From assembly GCA_963777955.1 (NCBI GenBank), contig CAVZSQ010000021.1:1-64000 (forward strand): 64,000 bases of DNA, written 5' to 3'. The position numbers and the translations under genes are program-made. Source of the DNA: Calditrichia bacterium. Its GTDB lineage: Bacteria > Calditrichota > Calditrichia > JAJRVZ01. Below the pieces are notes generated by a model. That model made no database searches and was not told the DNA's origin. It saw nothing but the letters and a program-made list of their open reading frames with translations. Below are positions 33,844 to 43,868 of this stretch, piece by piece. Numbering within the stretch: position 1 is the stretch's first letter; every line of letters begins with the position of its first letter.

Positions 33844-34992
33844 ATGATAAAATTTTTATCTTTATTGTTGCGGAATACTTTGTTCAGGGTAGCTGTGGGT
33901 ATCGCTGTATTCGCATTTGGCGGTGCCGTACTGGTAATACTATTCGAGAACAAATTTAACACCCAGTTTCAGGCCCTGGGCGATGCCATCTGGTACGTTT
34001 TTGTGACTATGACCACTGTTGGTTATGGCGACAAGGTACCGGTTACCACCGGCGGCAAGGTGATCGGGGTGATGATCATGTTTTTTGGTATGACCATACT
34101 ATCGGTTTTCACCGCTACAATTTCATCCATTTTTGTAGCACGTAAATTAAAAGAGGTGCGAGGATTGGAAGAGATAAAATTAAGAGACCATTTAATCATC
34201 TGCGGCTGGAATCATACCGGTGAACAGATCCTGACTTTCTTCCAGAAGGAAAAGGAAAAAACGGTTCCCATTGTCCTGATCAATCAGTTGAGCGAAGACA
34301 TGATCAATGATATACTCAATCATTTTGCCAATCTGAAGATCAAATTCGTACGCGGGGATTATACCAAGGAAATAATACTCAACCGGGCCAATGCCGGGCA
34401 AGCCCGCGTGGTATTGATTATACCCGACCACAGTTCCGGCTTATCGGCACAGAGTGATGAACGGACCATCCTGGCCACCCTTTCCATTAAAGCCATCAAC
34501 CAGAAGGTCAAAGTTTATGCCCACCTGACCAACCGGGAGAACCTGCCGCATCTTAAAAAAGCCAAGGTGGATGATGTTCTGATCAGCGATGCCTACAGCG
34601 GTTATCTGCTGGCAGCACAGGTGCTGGCGCCGGGTGTCCCGCAAACGATTGAAATGCTTTTCTCGGAAAACGCACCATTCCTGTTTAGACGCCTGGAAAT
34701 TCCTGAGCACATGATCGGGAACTCTTACGGTCAAATGAAACAGGAAACAGAGAAAAATACCGAGACAATCTGTATCGGCCTGGGCCGCGAACAGGAACGG
34801 GTACAGATCTCCGCTATCCTGAGCGACGATTATTCATCCCTGGATCAATTCATTAAAAGGAAATTCGAAGCAGCCGGCCGCGGCCAGGGTGATGAAAAAA
34901 AGACTAATATTCGCATTAATCCATCCGTTAATACAATATTAACAGATAAAGATTTCCTGATTGTCATCACCCCGGGAGAAAAAAGCAAGTGA
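33844..34992 (+). CDS. 2-TM potassium channel with RCK (TrkA-N) domain, MthK-like
   Basis: TMTTVGYGD selectivity filter, HLIICGWN, FVRGD. Confidence 0.93.
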   Translation: MIKFLSLLLRNTLFRVAVGIAVFAFGGAVLVILFENKFNTQFQALGDAIWYVFVTMTTVGYGDKVPVTTGGKVIGVMIMFFGMTILSVFTATISSIFVARKLKEVRGLEEIKLRDHLIICGWNHTGEQILTFFQKEKEKTVPIVLINQLSEDMINDILNHFANLKIKFVRGDYTKEIILNRANAGQARVVLIIPDHSSGLSAQSDERTILATLSIKAINQKVKVYAHLTNRENLPHLKKAKVDDVLISDAYSGYLLAAQVLAPGVPQTIEMLFSENAPFLFRRLEIPEHMIGNSYGQMKQETEKNTETICIGLGREQERVQISAILSDDYSSLDQFIKRKFEAAGRGQGDEKKTNIRINPSVNTILTDKDFLIVITPGEKSK

Positions 34993-35520
34993 GCTCCGAT
35001 CATAATCTGTCTGACCAGTTATCTTTTTTTCAAAAAGTATCGCTGTTCCAGGATCTTTCCGAGGAACAGATCAAAAAAATAATTCCGATCATGCACGCTG
35101 CTGAGATTGTATCGGGAGGCCTGATCACGCAGGAAGGGGCCAATGAAGATACGGTATTTATACTTATTGAAAGGTGAAGTGGAGATATCCAAGCGTTTAT
35201 TGATGCCCCTGGTTGAAGGCATGAGCGATAAACAGGAAAAGTCGCTGATCAGGCTCTCGGAAAAAGACCATGCTTTTTTTGGGGAGATGGCTTTATTCGA
35301 AGAAAAACCGGAAAGATCGGCATCAATTACGGCTTTAAAAAATTGCAAAGTGGCCATACTTGATAAAAATCAGTTTTTAGGTATTCTGGAGCAGAATCCT
35401 GAAATCGGTTTTATTGTCATCAGGAATATTGCTACCGAATTGACCCGACGGCTGGTGAAAGCGAATAGGGATATCCTGAAATTGACCACGGCATTTAGTC
35501 TTGCGTTAGAAGGTGAATGA
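34989..35520 (+). CDS. Stand-alone cyclic nucleotide-binding domain protein (frameshift near 35165)
   Basis: SLFQDLSEEQI..ITQEG..VFILLKGEVEI..FFGEMALFEEKPERSASITA. Confidence 0.85.
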
Positions 35521-37333
35521 ATTGCTGAAACGAGGTAATTTTAAATTTGCCACGGAGGTAGAATATTTTGATTATGTAATGAAAAAATATTTCCGCAAAG
35601 TACCTCCGGTGCCCACGAATATCTATCTGAATTCCCCGCAATCACGCCTTGCGGAACACCGGATGCACATCGCCTCCCTGTGTCATTTTCCTGCAGTGCT
35701 GAATATTCTGATCCGTGATCCGGAATATTCGGTTCAGAGCGCCGCCCGCAATAATGATTTCTGGCCGTTGATCGGAGAATTGCAGGATGTGCTCGGTTTT
35801 GAAAAACGGGAAAGAAAAGAATTCGCCCGGCAGGAAGTTTTCCGGATCATGCTGGTCTTATTGCTGTTTGAAGATGATCTGGATGTATTACGCGAAGTTC
35901 TGCGTAATGCCTCACTCTCCACCCAGATGCTCAATACTTACATCCAGTTATTACAGAGCCGCAGCCGGGGGAAAAAAGACCAGGTAATTTTAAGTGAATC
36001 ACAAAAGATCCTGGCTGAAAAAAAACAACGGATTGTCAAGGCGGCAGAAATCCGCAAAGCTGCAAAAAATTTTGATGAGGCACAGGCCCAGCGCACCCTG
36101 CTGCTGAAACTGGCCGACGAGGATAAAGTCATCCGTAAAGCCGTCAATAATGTCTTACTGGATGTCAAACCTGCGCCACTGCTGCAGTTTATGCGCCTGG
36201 CAGTTCAGGACCAGCTACCCGACACCGCATTAAAGCATTATATTATTCTGACCGAATTATTAAATCTGATTCCCCGCTGCGATGACCTGCGCCAGAAACC
36301 GGTGCGGAGCCTGATCGTCGAAGATCCGCAGGCAGAACTCGAATCCGTTTCCGGTGCCGACTACCTGACCCGTATTCTGAACACCCGCCGGCTGGAATTA
36401 CTGGATGGCTGCCAGGAAGATCTGACCAACTTTCAGAACGTGTTGTTGCTGGCCACCTGTCACGGTGACAGCAATGAAAAGATCCGCAGTGTGGCTGCAG
36501 GAATTTTGAGTCTGGACGATATCTTTGCCCTGGTGAATGACCTGTCCACGCCGCAGCAGCACTTTAAATCCATCCTGGATATCCTCTCCGAACACCCTGA
36601 TGAAGATATCCGCAAGCGGGTCACGGCCACCTATCATAATGAGAGTGAACGCTTATGGAACCGCCTGAAAGAACTGGAACAGAGCATCAATGCCTATTTC
36701 GACATCATCTTTCAGACCCTGGGATTTGACCAGATCAATGAGTACAATATCTCCCTGAAATCGATCGAAGAATCGGAAAAAACAATTAACCATCTGACCC
36801 CCCAGCTGGCAACGGAACTGGACAAGCAACTCCAGACCACACTGTTCACTTTTTCCGAAATTAAAAAACACATCGAGATGCAGATTTACCATATAAATTC
36901 CGCCATCTCCAAGGATATTCTGGAAGAACTTTACCACATCGAAGACATGATCGAACAGATTTTTGAACTGAAGAACTTTGGCAAAGAAGGTCTACGTCCA
37001 GGCGGATTATCAGGTATCGATCCGGAATTGCTTAACCGGGCTCATACCATCTGGCAAAGCGCTCTGGGCCAGTACCTGGGCCGCATCAAGCATCTCAATG
37101 AAATGATCAAGATCAAGTTTTCCATCCTGGCCAAGGAATTTGAGAAGCATGAAAATCTGCAGAATGATTTCAGCGAAGTGGTGGAAGCATTTGAAAAAAT
37201 GCAGAAGGAAACCGTGAACTGCCAGCTGAAAGTCGCCTGCACCCGCTGCGTCCGCCGGGGTTGTGCCGCCGAAAGATTCCTGATCGAAACCGATTTCTTT
37301 ATTAAAGAACTACTTGATAATTTTGTCTCCTGA
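35513..37333 (+). CDS. HEAT/helical-repeat hypothetical protein with C-terminal Cys cluster
   Basis: Repeated L..D.D..IR..V motifs. C-terminal CQLKVACTRCVRRGC. Confidence 0.7.
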   Translation: MNELLKRGNFKFATEVEYFDYVMKKYFRKVPPVPTNIYLNSPQSRLAEHRMHIASLCHFPAVLNILIRDPEYSVQSAARNNDFWPLIGELQDVLGFEKRERKEFARQEVFRIMLVLLLFEDDLDVLREVLRNASLSTQMLNTYIQLLQSRSRGKKDQVILSESQKILAEKKQRIVKAAEIRKAAKNFDEAQAQRTLLLKLADEDKVIRKAVNNVLLDVKPAPLLQFMRLAVQDQLPDTALKHYIILTELLNLIPRCDDLRQKPVRSLIVEDPQAELESVSGADYLTRILNTRRLELLDGCQEDLTNFQNVLLLATCHGDSNEKIRSVAAGILSLDDIFALVNDLSTPQQHFKSILDILSEHPDEDIRKRVTATYHNESERLWNRLKELEQSINAYFDIIFQTLGFDQINEYNISLKSIEESEKTINHLTPQLATELDKQLQTTLFTFSEIKKHIEMQIYHINSAISKDILEELYHIEDMIEQIFELKNFGKEGLRPGGLSGIDPELLNRAHTIWQSALGQYLGRIKHLNEMIKIKFSILAKEFEKHENLQNDFSEVVEAFEKMQKETVNCQLKVACTRCVRRGCAAERFLIETDFFIKELLDNFVS

Positions 37334-37339
37334 TGAATT

Positions 37340-37556
37340 ATTACACGGAGACCTTCGGCGGAGCAAACACGGAGTTCCACGGAGGAAGAATATATATAGA
37401 TGGAAACTGGTGATGATCTATAGGCAGATAAATTTGTCAATATTAAAAATATCACAACATAATCCCCAGCATTAATGAACGAATTGTAATTATTAATCCA
37501 GAGATATCTTTCTCCGTGGAACTCCGTGTCTCCTCCGCCGAAGGTCTCCGTGTAAT
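37340..37556. mobile_element. MITE-like element with ~45-bp terminal inverted repeats
   Basis: ATTACACGGAGACCTTCGGCGGAGCAAACACGGAGTTCCACGGAG and its reverse complement (2 mismatches) around an AT-rich ~127-bp core. Confidence 0.6.
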
Positions 37557-37655
37557 TATTTACCCTCACCTCCCGCGATTCGAAAAGTTTTCAATCCACC
37601 ACTGATTTTTTGTATATTAAACTTATTCTTTTGAAGATCGGTTTTCCTGGTCTGA

Positions 37656-37692
37656 AGAGACAAAGAGACAGAGAGACAGAGAGACAAAGAGA
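37656..37692 (+). repeat. AGAGACAR tandem 8-mer array abutting the valS start
   Basis: AGAGACAA AGAGACAG AGAGACAG AGAGACAA AGAGA-ATG. Confidence 0.8.
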
Positions 37693-40338
37693 ATGGAAAT
37701 TGCAAAGGTATATAATCCCAAATCGGTCGAAGACAAATGGTATCAATTCTGGCTGGATAAGAACTACTTCGCGGCTAAACCCCATCCGGGCAAGAAACCC
37801 TATGTGATTGTTATTCCACCCCCTAATGTCACTGCCGTGCTGCATGCCGGTCATGCCTTTAATAATGCCCTGCAGGACATTTATATCCGCTGGCGCCGCA
37901 AACAGGGTTATGAAACGCTATGGCAACCGGGCACCGATCATGCCGGTATTGCCACCCAGAACGCCGTGGAAAAAAACCTGGCGCAGCAGAAGATCTCCCG
38001 TCACGATCTGGGCCGGGAAAAATTCGTGGAAAAGGTCTGGGAATGGCGAAATAAATACGGTTCGACCATAATTCATCAATTAAAAAAACTGGGCTGTTCC
38101 TGCGACTGGGCCAGGGAACGCTTTACCATGGATGAAGGGTTGTCCAGGGCGGTCGTCGAAGTTTTCGTGCGTCTTTACGAAAAGGACTTAATTTATAAAG
38201 GTAAATACATTATCAACTGGTGCCCGCGCTGCTCCACTGCCCTTTCCGATGAAGAAGCCGAACATGAAGAAACCCACGGCCACCTGTGGTATTTCAAATA
38301 TCCTTTTAAAAATGGTAAAGGTCACCTCACCGTGGCCACCACCCGGCCCGAAACCATGCTCGGCGATACCGCGGTGGCCGTCCACCCCAAAGATAAACGC
38401 TATAAGAAATACATCGGTAAAAGCGTGATACTTCCGTTAATGAACCGGGAAATACCGGTGGTTGCTGATGATTTTGTAGACCCGGAATTTGGTACCGGTT
38501 GCGTTAAAGTGACACCGGCACATGATCCGAATGACTTCGCTATCGGACAACGTCATAATCTTCAGCAGATCAATATTCTCAATACCGATGGTACACTTAA
38601 CGACAATGCCGGAAAATTTTCGGGACTGGATAGATTTGTCGCCCGCAATCAGATTGTCCAGGAAATGACCAATCTGGATCTGCTGGAAAAAATTGTCAAC
38701 TACCACCATAACGTGGCTCACTGTCACCGCTGCCATACCATGATCGAACCGTATCTTTCCGAACAGTGGTTCGTTAAAATGACTCCCTTGGCCAAACCGG
38801 CCCTGGATGTGGTCAGGGAAGGCAAAGTACGCCTGCATCCGCATGACCGCTGGTATAAAACCTATGAACACTGGATGGAGAATGTACGCGACTGGTGCAT
38901 ATCCCGGCAATTGTGGTGGGGCCACCGCATCCCGGTATACTATTGTGAAGATTGCCAGGAAATGATGGTGCGGCGGGAGACTCCGGCGACCTGTGCCAAA
39001 TGCCACGGCAGCAGGATCCGCCAGGATGAAAATGTTCTGGATACCTGGTTTTCCTCCTGGCTATGGCCGTTTTCCACCCTGGGCTGGCCGGAAAAGAATG
39101 AAGATCTGCAATATTTTTATCCTACCGATCTGCTGGTTACCGCCCCGGATATCATTTTTTTCTGGGTCGCCCGAATGATCATAGCCGGTCTGGAATTTGT
39201 CGGCGAAATTCCTTTCCACGATGTATTGTTCAATGGCGTTGTCCGCGATGAATTCGGCCGGAAAATGAGCAAATCCCTGGGCAACGGCATCGATCCGCTG
39301 GAAATGATCGATCAATTCAGCGCCGATGCAGTACGGTTCACCCTGATCATGCTCAGTTCGGAAGGACAGGATATCAACCTGGCGGTCAATAATTTTGAAA
39401 TGGGACGCAATTTTTCCAATAAAATCTGGAACGCTTATCGCTTCCTGTCGATGAATCCGGAACCGGTCGATACCCGTTTTGAGCAATACCGTAATCATTT
39501 CGAGTTGGCCGATCGCTGGATTCTCAGCAGGTTTCAGCAAATGGTCAGCGGAGTAACCAGCGCGCTGGAAAATTTCAAGGTCAATGAATCCCTGGACACC
39601 CTGTATCATTTCTTCTGGCATGAATACTGCGACTGGTATCTGGAACTGATCAAACCGCGGCTATATCAGAAAGAGGATCCGCTTAAACGTCAGACTGCCC
39701 TGAGCATCGCCCGTCACATCATGAAGCATACCATGAGCCTGTTGCATCCGTACATGCCGTTTATCAGCGAAGAGATCTGGCAGTCGTTCAAGGAAGACAG
39801 CGATGAAAGCGTGGTAATCAGTCCCTGGCCTGAGGCGCGTCCCGATTTGCATGATGAAGTTTCCGAAAAAGATATACTATTTTTACAGAATGTGATTGGT
39901 TCGATCCGCAATATCAGGGCCGAAATGAATGTACCGCCGGGCAAAACTGCACATCTTATTGTTCGCGCTGATCAAAAAGTTCAGAATTTTTTTAAACAAA
40001 ATTCCGGCTCATTGCTGAACCTGGCGAAAATAGATACGATACAGGAGTACACAGCGCAATCCGTTCACGGGGCGGCAGCAACGGCTGTGATCGAAGGCAC
40101 CGAAATATTCCTGCCCCTGGCTGATCTGATCGACCTGGCTAAGGAGCGCCAGCGCCTGAGCAAAGAATTGCAGCGACTGGAAGGTCTGCATAAAAGTCTT
40201 ACGGCTAAACTGGGTAATGAAAAATTTCTGAATCAGGCTCCGCCTGAAATCGTCAAAAGCGAACAGGAAAAATTAGCAAACATTGAAATGAATCTGAAAA
40301 AAGTAAGAGACAATTATAATAATTTAAGCGAGAAATAA
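37693..40338 (+). CDS. valS: Valine--tRNA ligase
   Basis: PPPNVT..LHAGH, GTDHAGIATQ, DWCISRQLWWGH, KMSKS, C-terminal coiled coil. Confidence 0.98.
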   Translation: MEIAKVYNPKSVEDKWYQFWLDKNYFAAKPHPGKKPYVIVIPPPNVTAVLHAGHAFNNALQDIYIRWRRKQGYETLWQPGTDHAGIATQNAVEKNLAQQKISRHDLGREKFVEKVWEWRNKYGSTIIHQLKKLGCSCDWARERFTMDEGLSRAVVEVFVRLYEKDLIYKGKYIINWCPRCSTALSDEEAEHEETHGHLWYFKYPFKNGKGHLTVATTRPETMLGDTAVAVHPKDKRYKKYIGKSVILPLMNREIPVVADDFVDPEFGTGCVKVTPAHDPNDFAIGQRHNLQQINILNTDGTLNDNAGKFSGLDRFVARNQIVQEMTNLDLLEKIVNYHHNVAHCHRCHTMIEPYLSEQWFVKMTPLAKPALDVVREGKVRLHPHDRWYKTYEHWMENVRDWCISRQLWWGHRIPVYYCEDCQEMMVRRETPATCAKCHGSRIRQDENVLDTWFSSWLWPFSTLGWPEKNEDLQYFYPTDLLVTAPDIIFFWVARMIIAGLEFVGEIPFHDVLFNGVVRDEFGRKMSKSLGNGIDPLEMIDQFSADAVRFTLIMLSSEGQDINLAVNNFEMGRNFSNKIWNAYRFLSMNPEPVDTRFEQYRNHFELADRWILSRFQQMVSGVTSALENFKVNESLDTLYHFFWHEYCDWYLELIKPRLYQKEDPLKRQTALSIARHIMKHTMSLLHPYMPFISEEIWQSFKEDSDESVVISPWPEARPDLHDEVSEKDILFLQNVIGSIRNIRAEMNVPPGKTAHLIVRADQKVQNFFKQNSGSLLNLAKIDTIQEYTAQSVHGAAATAVIEGTEIFLPLADLIDLAKERQRLSKELQRLEGLHKSLTAKLGNEKFLNQAPPEIVKSEQEKLANIEMNLKKVRDNYNNLSEK

Positions 40339-40341
40339 GCT

Positions 40342-41695
40342 ATGTTAAAAATTGCATCCTTTATGTTTTTCATTTTCTGTGGTCTGAGCACCTTGTTGGC
40401 CCAGCCGGTTTCCATTACCGTAACCAATAACAATCTGGCTCTGGTCAAGGAAACCAGGATCTTATCATTGCAGCAAGGCAAAAATTTACAACAAATCACC
40501 GACATGCCCGGTTTGCTGGATCCTACCTCGGTTCATATTTTTTCCAAAGCAGGCGAGTTTACCGTACTGGAACAGAATTTCGAATACGACTTGCTCAATG
40601 CCGATAAAATCCTGGACAAAGCCATTGACCGGATCATTACGGTAATCACACCTTCCGGTACTTCCGTACGGGGAAAATTGTTGTCGGCCGACGGTAGTAA
40701 TCTGGTCATTGAAACCGAGAATAAGGAACTGCGCATTATTCCACGCAGTCCCGAGCAGCAGACCTATCTGGAAGATTTTGACCAGCAGGCCTATGGCCTG
40801 ATCACCCGGCCTACGCTGGTCTGGCTGATTGACAGTCAGCAAGCCGGTAAACCTGAAGTTGACCTATCCTACCTGACCAGCGGCCTGGACTGGCATGCCG
40901 AATACATTGCCAACCTGAATGAACAGGATAATGCCATCGATCTGAATGCCTGGGTTTCACTGACCAATTCCTCCGGCAAGACATACAATGATGCCCGTCT
41001 AAAACTCATGGCCGGTGATATTCATCTTGCGGCAGAAGGAGTCCGGGGAGGACAGACTGCGGGATATGGAAGTAGCTTATATGGCCAAGGCACAATTTGA
41101 AGAGAAACAATTTTTTGAATATCATTTATATACCCTGGACAAAAAAACCACCATCAAAAACAATCAGACCAAGCAGATCCAACTTATACCCACAGCCCAT
41201 GCAGCGGTTACCAAAATCTTCAGTTATAATTATCAGAAAGATGCCAGCAAAGTTGCAGTGTTGATTACCACCAGGAATGCTAAAGAGCAGGGACTGGGTA
41301 TCCCGTTGCCCAAGGGCAAGTTGCGGGTCTATAAAAAGGACGGTCCCGATCTGGAGTTTATCGGCGAGGACCAGATCGATCATACACCGAAGGATGAGAA
41401 GATAGAGATTGAGATCGGTCAAGCTTTTGATATCAAGGCTGAGCGAACCGTACTGGAACAGCGGGGTATTTCTGAAAGATCCGAACGTCAGAAAATTCAG
41501 ATCGAACTGCGCAACCATAAAGATCAGGATATTGAGATCCAGGTGACCGAGCCGATATACTGGTATCGCTCCTATGAAATTCAGTCGTCCAATTATCCGC
41601 TTAAATCCAAGGACGCCCGTAAAATTGAGTTTAACGTGCCGGTAAAAGCGAATGGTACCAGCACCCTGGTTTTTGAAATTCTTTACCAATGGTGA
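40342..41695 (+). CDS. DUF4139/DUF4140 family exported protein (frameshift near 41050)
   Basis: NNLALVKETR, EQNFEYDLL, SYLTSGLDWHAEY, YHLYTL, GIPLPKGKLRVY. Confidence 0.85.
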
Positions 41696-41768
41696 ACCGA
41701 ATAGTAACAATTCCCAGTATTAAGAGGCAATCTCAATTCAGATGTATAGCGAAAGGAAACTTATCTAA

Positions 41769-41860
41769 TTCCCCCTTAGCAAAGGGGGTTAGGGGGTTGT
41801 TATTTTGGATATTAGGCCCGACAACCCCCTTACACCCGCCTAGACTTCGATAAGGGGGAA
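41769..41860. repeat. Paired REP-like CCCCCTT/AAGGGGG palindromes
   Basis: TTCCCCCTTAGCAAAGGGGGTTAGGGGGTTGT ... ACAACCCCCTTAC...ATAAGGGGGAA. Confidence 0.65.
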
Positions 41861-41887
41861 CAGATTTCTTGACCACGTGTTTAAAGC

Positions 41888-43255
41888 ATGAAAAAAAAAG
41901 TGAAAACTCAGACCGAGATTGAAACCGCGAACGAGTCCGATCTGTTCGAAACAGGATCAAAAGAGAACACTGCTGCTTATGTACCCCTGGCTGAACGGTG
42001 CCGGCCAAAAAATCTTGAAGATATAGTCGGTCATCAGAAGTATTTAAATCCTGCTTCCCCTTTATATAAACAGATTAAATCAGGTAAACTTCCCTCGCTG
42101 ATTTTATGGGGTCCCCCGGGAGTGGGTAAAACCACCCTGGCCAGGGTTCTGGCTGTCGAAACCGGTTTAAAGTTCTCGGCCCTTTCGGCGGTTACTTCTG
42201 GTAAAAAAGAGATGCAGGATATTATCTCCCGGGCCAGCCGTGATATTAAAAATGGCTCTAAAAGGCATCTGTTATTTATCGATGAGATTCACCGCTACAA
42301 TAAAGCCCAGCAGGATGGACTGTTGCACGCAGTGGAAGATGGTACCATTATTTTGATCGGCGCCACCACCGAAAATCCTTCGTTCGAAGTAATCGCGCCG
42401 CTGCTATCTCGATGTCAGGTATTCAAACTCGAAGGGCTCAATGACAATGATTTAAAAATTATTATCCGGCGTGCTATGGAACGGGATCCTATTTTAAGCA
42501 AGTCAGGATTTACCATCAGCGCTATAAACGACTTAATCAATTATGGCAGCGGGGATGCCCGGAAAACTCTCAACCTGCTGGAAAACTGTGTCCATATCCT
42601 GGCTGAAAGTAAAACCGCCAGCGATATTACCGGCGATCTGGTCAAAGAGGTAGCCCGGCAGAATGTATTGTTATATGATAAACAGGGTGATTATCATTAC
42701 GATACTATCTCCGCGTTTATCAAGAGTGTGCGCGGCAGTGATCCGGATGCCGCTGTTTATTATCTGGCCCGCATGCTGGAAGCCGGCGAAGATCCGATCT
42801 TCGTGGCCCGCCGTTTGATCGTACTGGCCTCTGAAGATATCGGCAATGCCGAACCGTATGCGCTAACCTTAGCTAATGCCGGATTTCAGGCCGTGCATGC
42901 TATCGGTATGCCGGAAGCACGGATCGTACTGGCCCAGGTTACGACCTACCTGGCTTCCTGTGCCAAGAGCAATGCCGCCTATCTGGCCATCGATGCAGCC
43001 TGGGAGGATGTCCGGCAGAATCCCACGCTGACCATACCGTTACATCTGAGAAACGCTCCGACCAAACTGATGAAGGAAATGAAATACGGCCAGGATTATA
43101 AGTATCCCCATGATCACCCCGATCATTTTATTGACGAAATCTATCTGCCTGAATCCATAAAAAATAAGATATATTATAATCCCACCGAACAGGGACGCGA
43201 AAAAACACTGAAAGAGCGGCTGGATAAACTCTGGACCAAACGACATAAGAAATAG
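41888..43255 (+). CDS. rarA: Replication-associated recombination protein A (MgsA/RarA)
   Basis: PLAERCRP, WGPPGVGKTT, FIDEIHR, SAFIKSVRGSDPDAA. Confidence 0.96.
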   Translation: MKKKVKTQTEIETANESDLFETGSKENTAAYVPLAERCRPKNLEDIVGHQKYLNPASPLYKQIKSGKLPSLILWGPPGVGKTTLARVLAVETGLKFSALSAVTSGKKEMQDIISRASRDIKNGSKRHLLFIDEIHRYNKAQQDGLLHAVEDGTIILIGATTENPSFEVIAPLLSRCQVFKLEGLNDNDLKIIIRRAMERDPILSKSGFTISAINDLINYGSGDARKTLNLLENCVHILAESKTASDITGDLVKEVARQNVLLYDKQGDYHYDTISAFIKSVRGSDPDAAVYYLARMLEAGEDPIFVARRLIVLASEDIGNAEPYALTLANAGFQAVHAIGMPEARIVLAQVTTYLASCAKSNAAYLAIDAAWEDVRQNPTLTIPLHLRNAPTKLMKEMKYGQDYKYPHDHPDHFIDEIYLPESIKNKIYYNPTEQGREKTLKERLDKLWTKRHKK

Positions 43256-43328
43256 ATTAATAGAAATTGCATCTTCTATAATAATTTTTCGTAATTTGGA
43301 CAGTGCCTGCGGAAATAAGGAAAAATCT

Positions 43329-43847
43329 ATGCCATTATATCCGACTCATATCGTAAAAAATTACTTTCTGGAAAAACTTCTGGATACACGCTTGCATTTC
43401 ACCAGGGGCAAAAGTCAGATTACCAATTTTGTCAAGGGTATAAGGTCGGCAAAAAAAGTGCTGATCATCCTGCCCCGCGACCGGGCCGAGGAGGTCCACG
43501 CCAGGAAATATCTGACCGCCTTGATCCAGGTCTTCGATAAGGTTCAGGTTTCAACCCTGGATGTTTTCAGCCTGCGCAGAATTGATGTAAACTGGCTGGG
43601 CGTACCGAACGACTCCTATCTTAACCGCATCCGTGGTGAAAAATTTGATATGACTATCGATTTGAATTCTCATCATGACGTGCTCTGTACCTATTTGACC
43701 GGATTGATCCAGGCGCCGATGCGTTTGCACCTGGTTGAAGGCAGGTTCGATAAAATTTATAATCTGCATATCCGCAGTAAACTTGAAGCACCTATCGAAA
43801 AACGCTATCAAAACCTGGTCAACTACCTGGCTCACCTGCGCCATTGA
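43329..43847 (+). CDS. Conserved hypothetical protein (GT9-N-like fold possible)
   Basis: KKVLIILP...EKFDMTIDLN motif. Confidence 0.6.
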   Translation: MPLYPTHIVKNYFLEKLLDTRLHFTRGKSQITNFVKGIRSAKKVLIILPRDRAEEVHARKYLTALIQVFDKVQVSTLDVFSLRRIDVNWLGVPNDSYLNRIRGEKFDMTIDLNSHHDVLCTYLTGLIQAPMRLHLVEGRFDKIYNLHIRSKLEAPIEKRYQNLVNYLAHLRH

Positions 43848-43868
43848 GTTCCCTTAACCAGGCCGTTC

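Noticed and set aside
37560..37692. T-box riboswitch upstream of valS
   Set aside because: No T-box consensus (AAGGTGGTACC-like) or antiterminator visible, and the leader is short.
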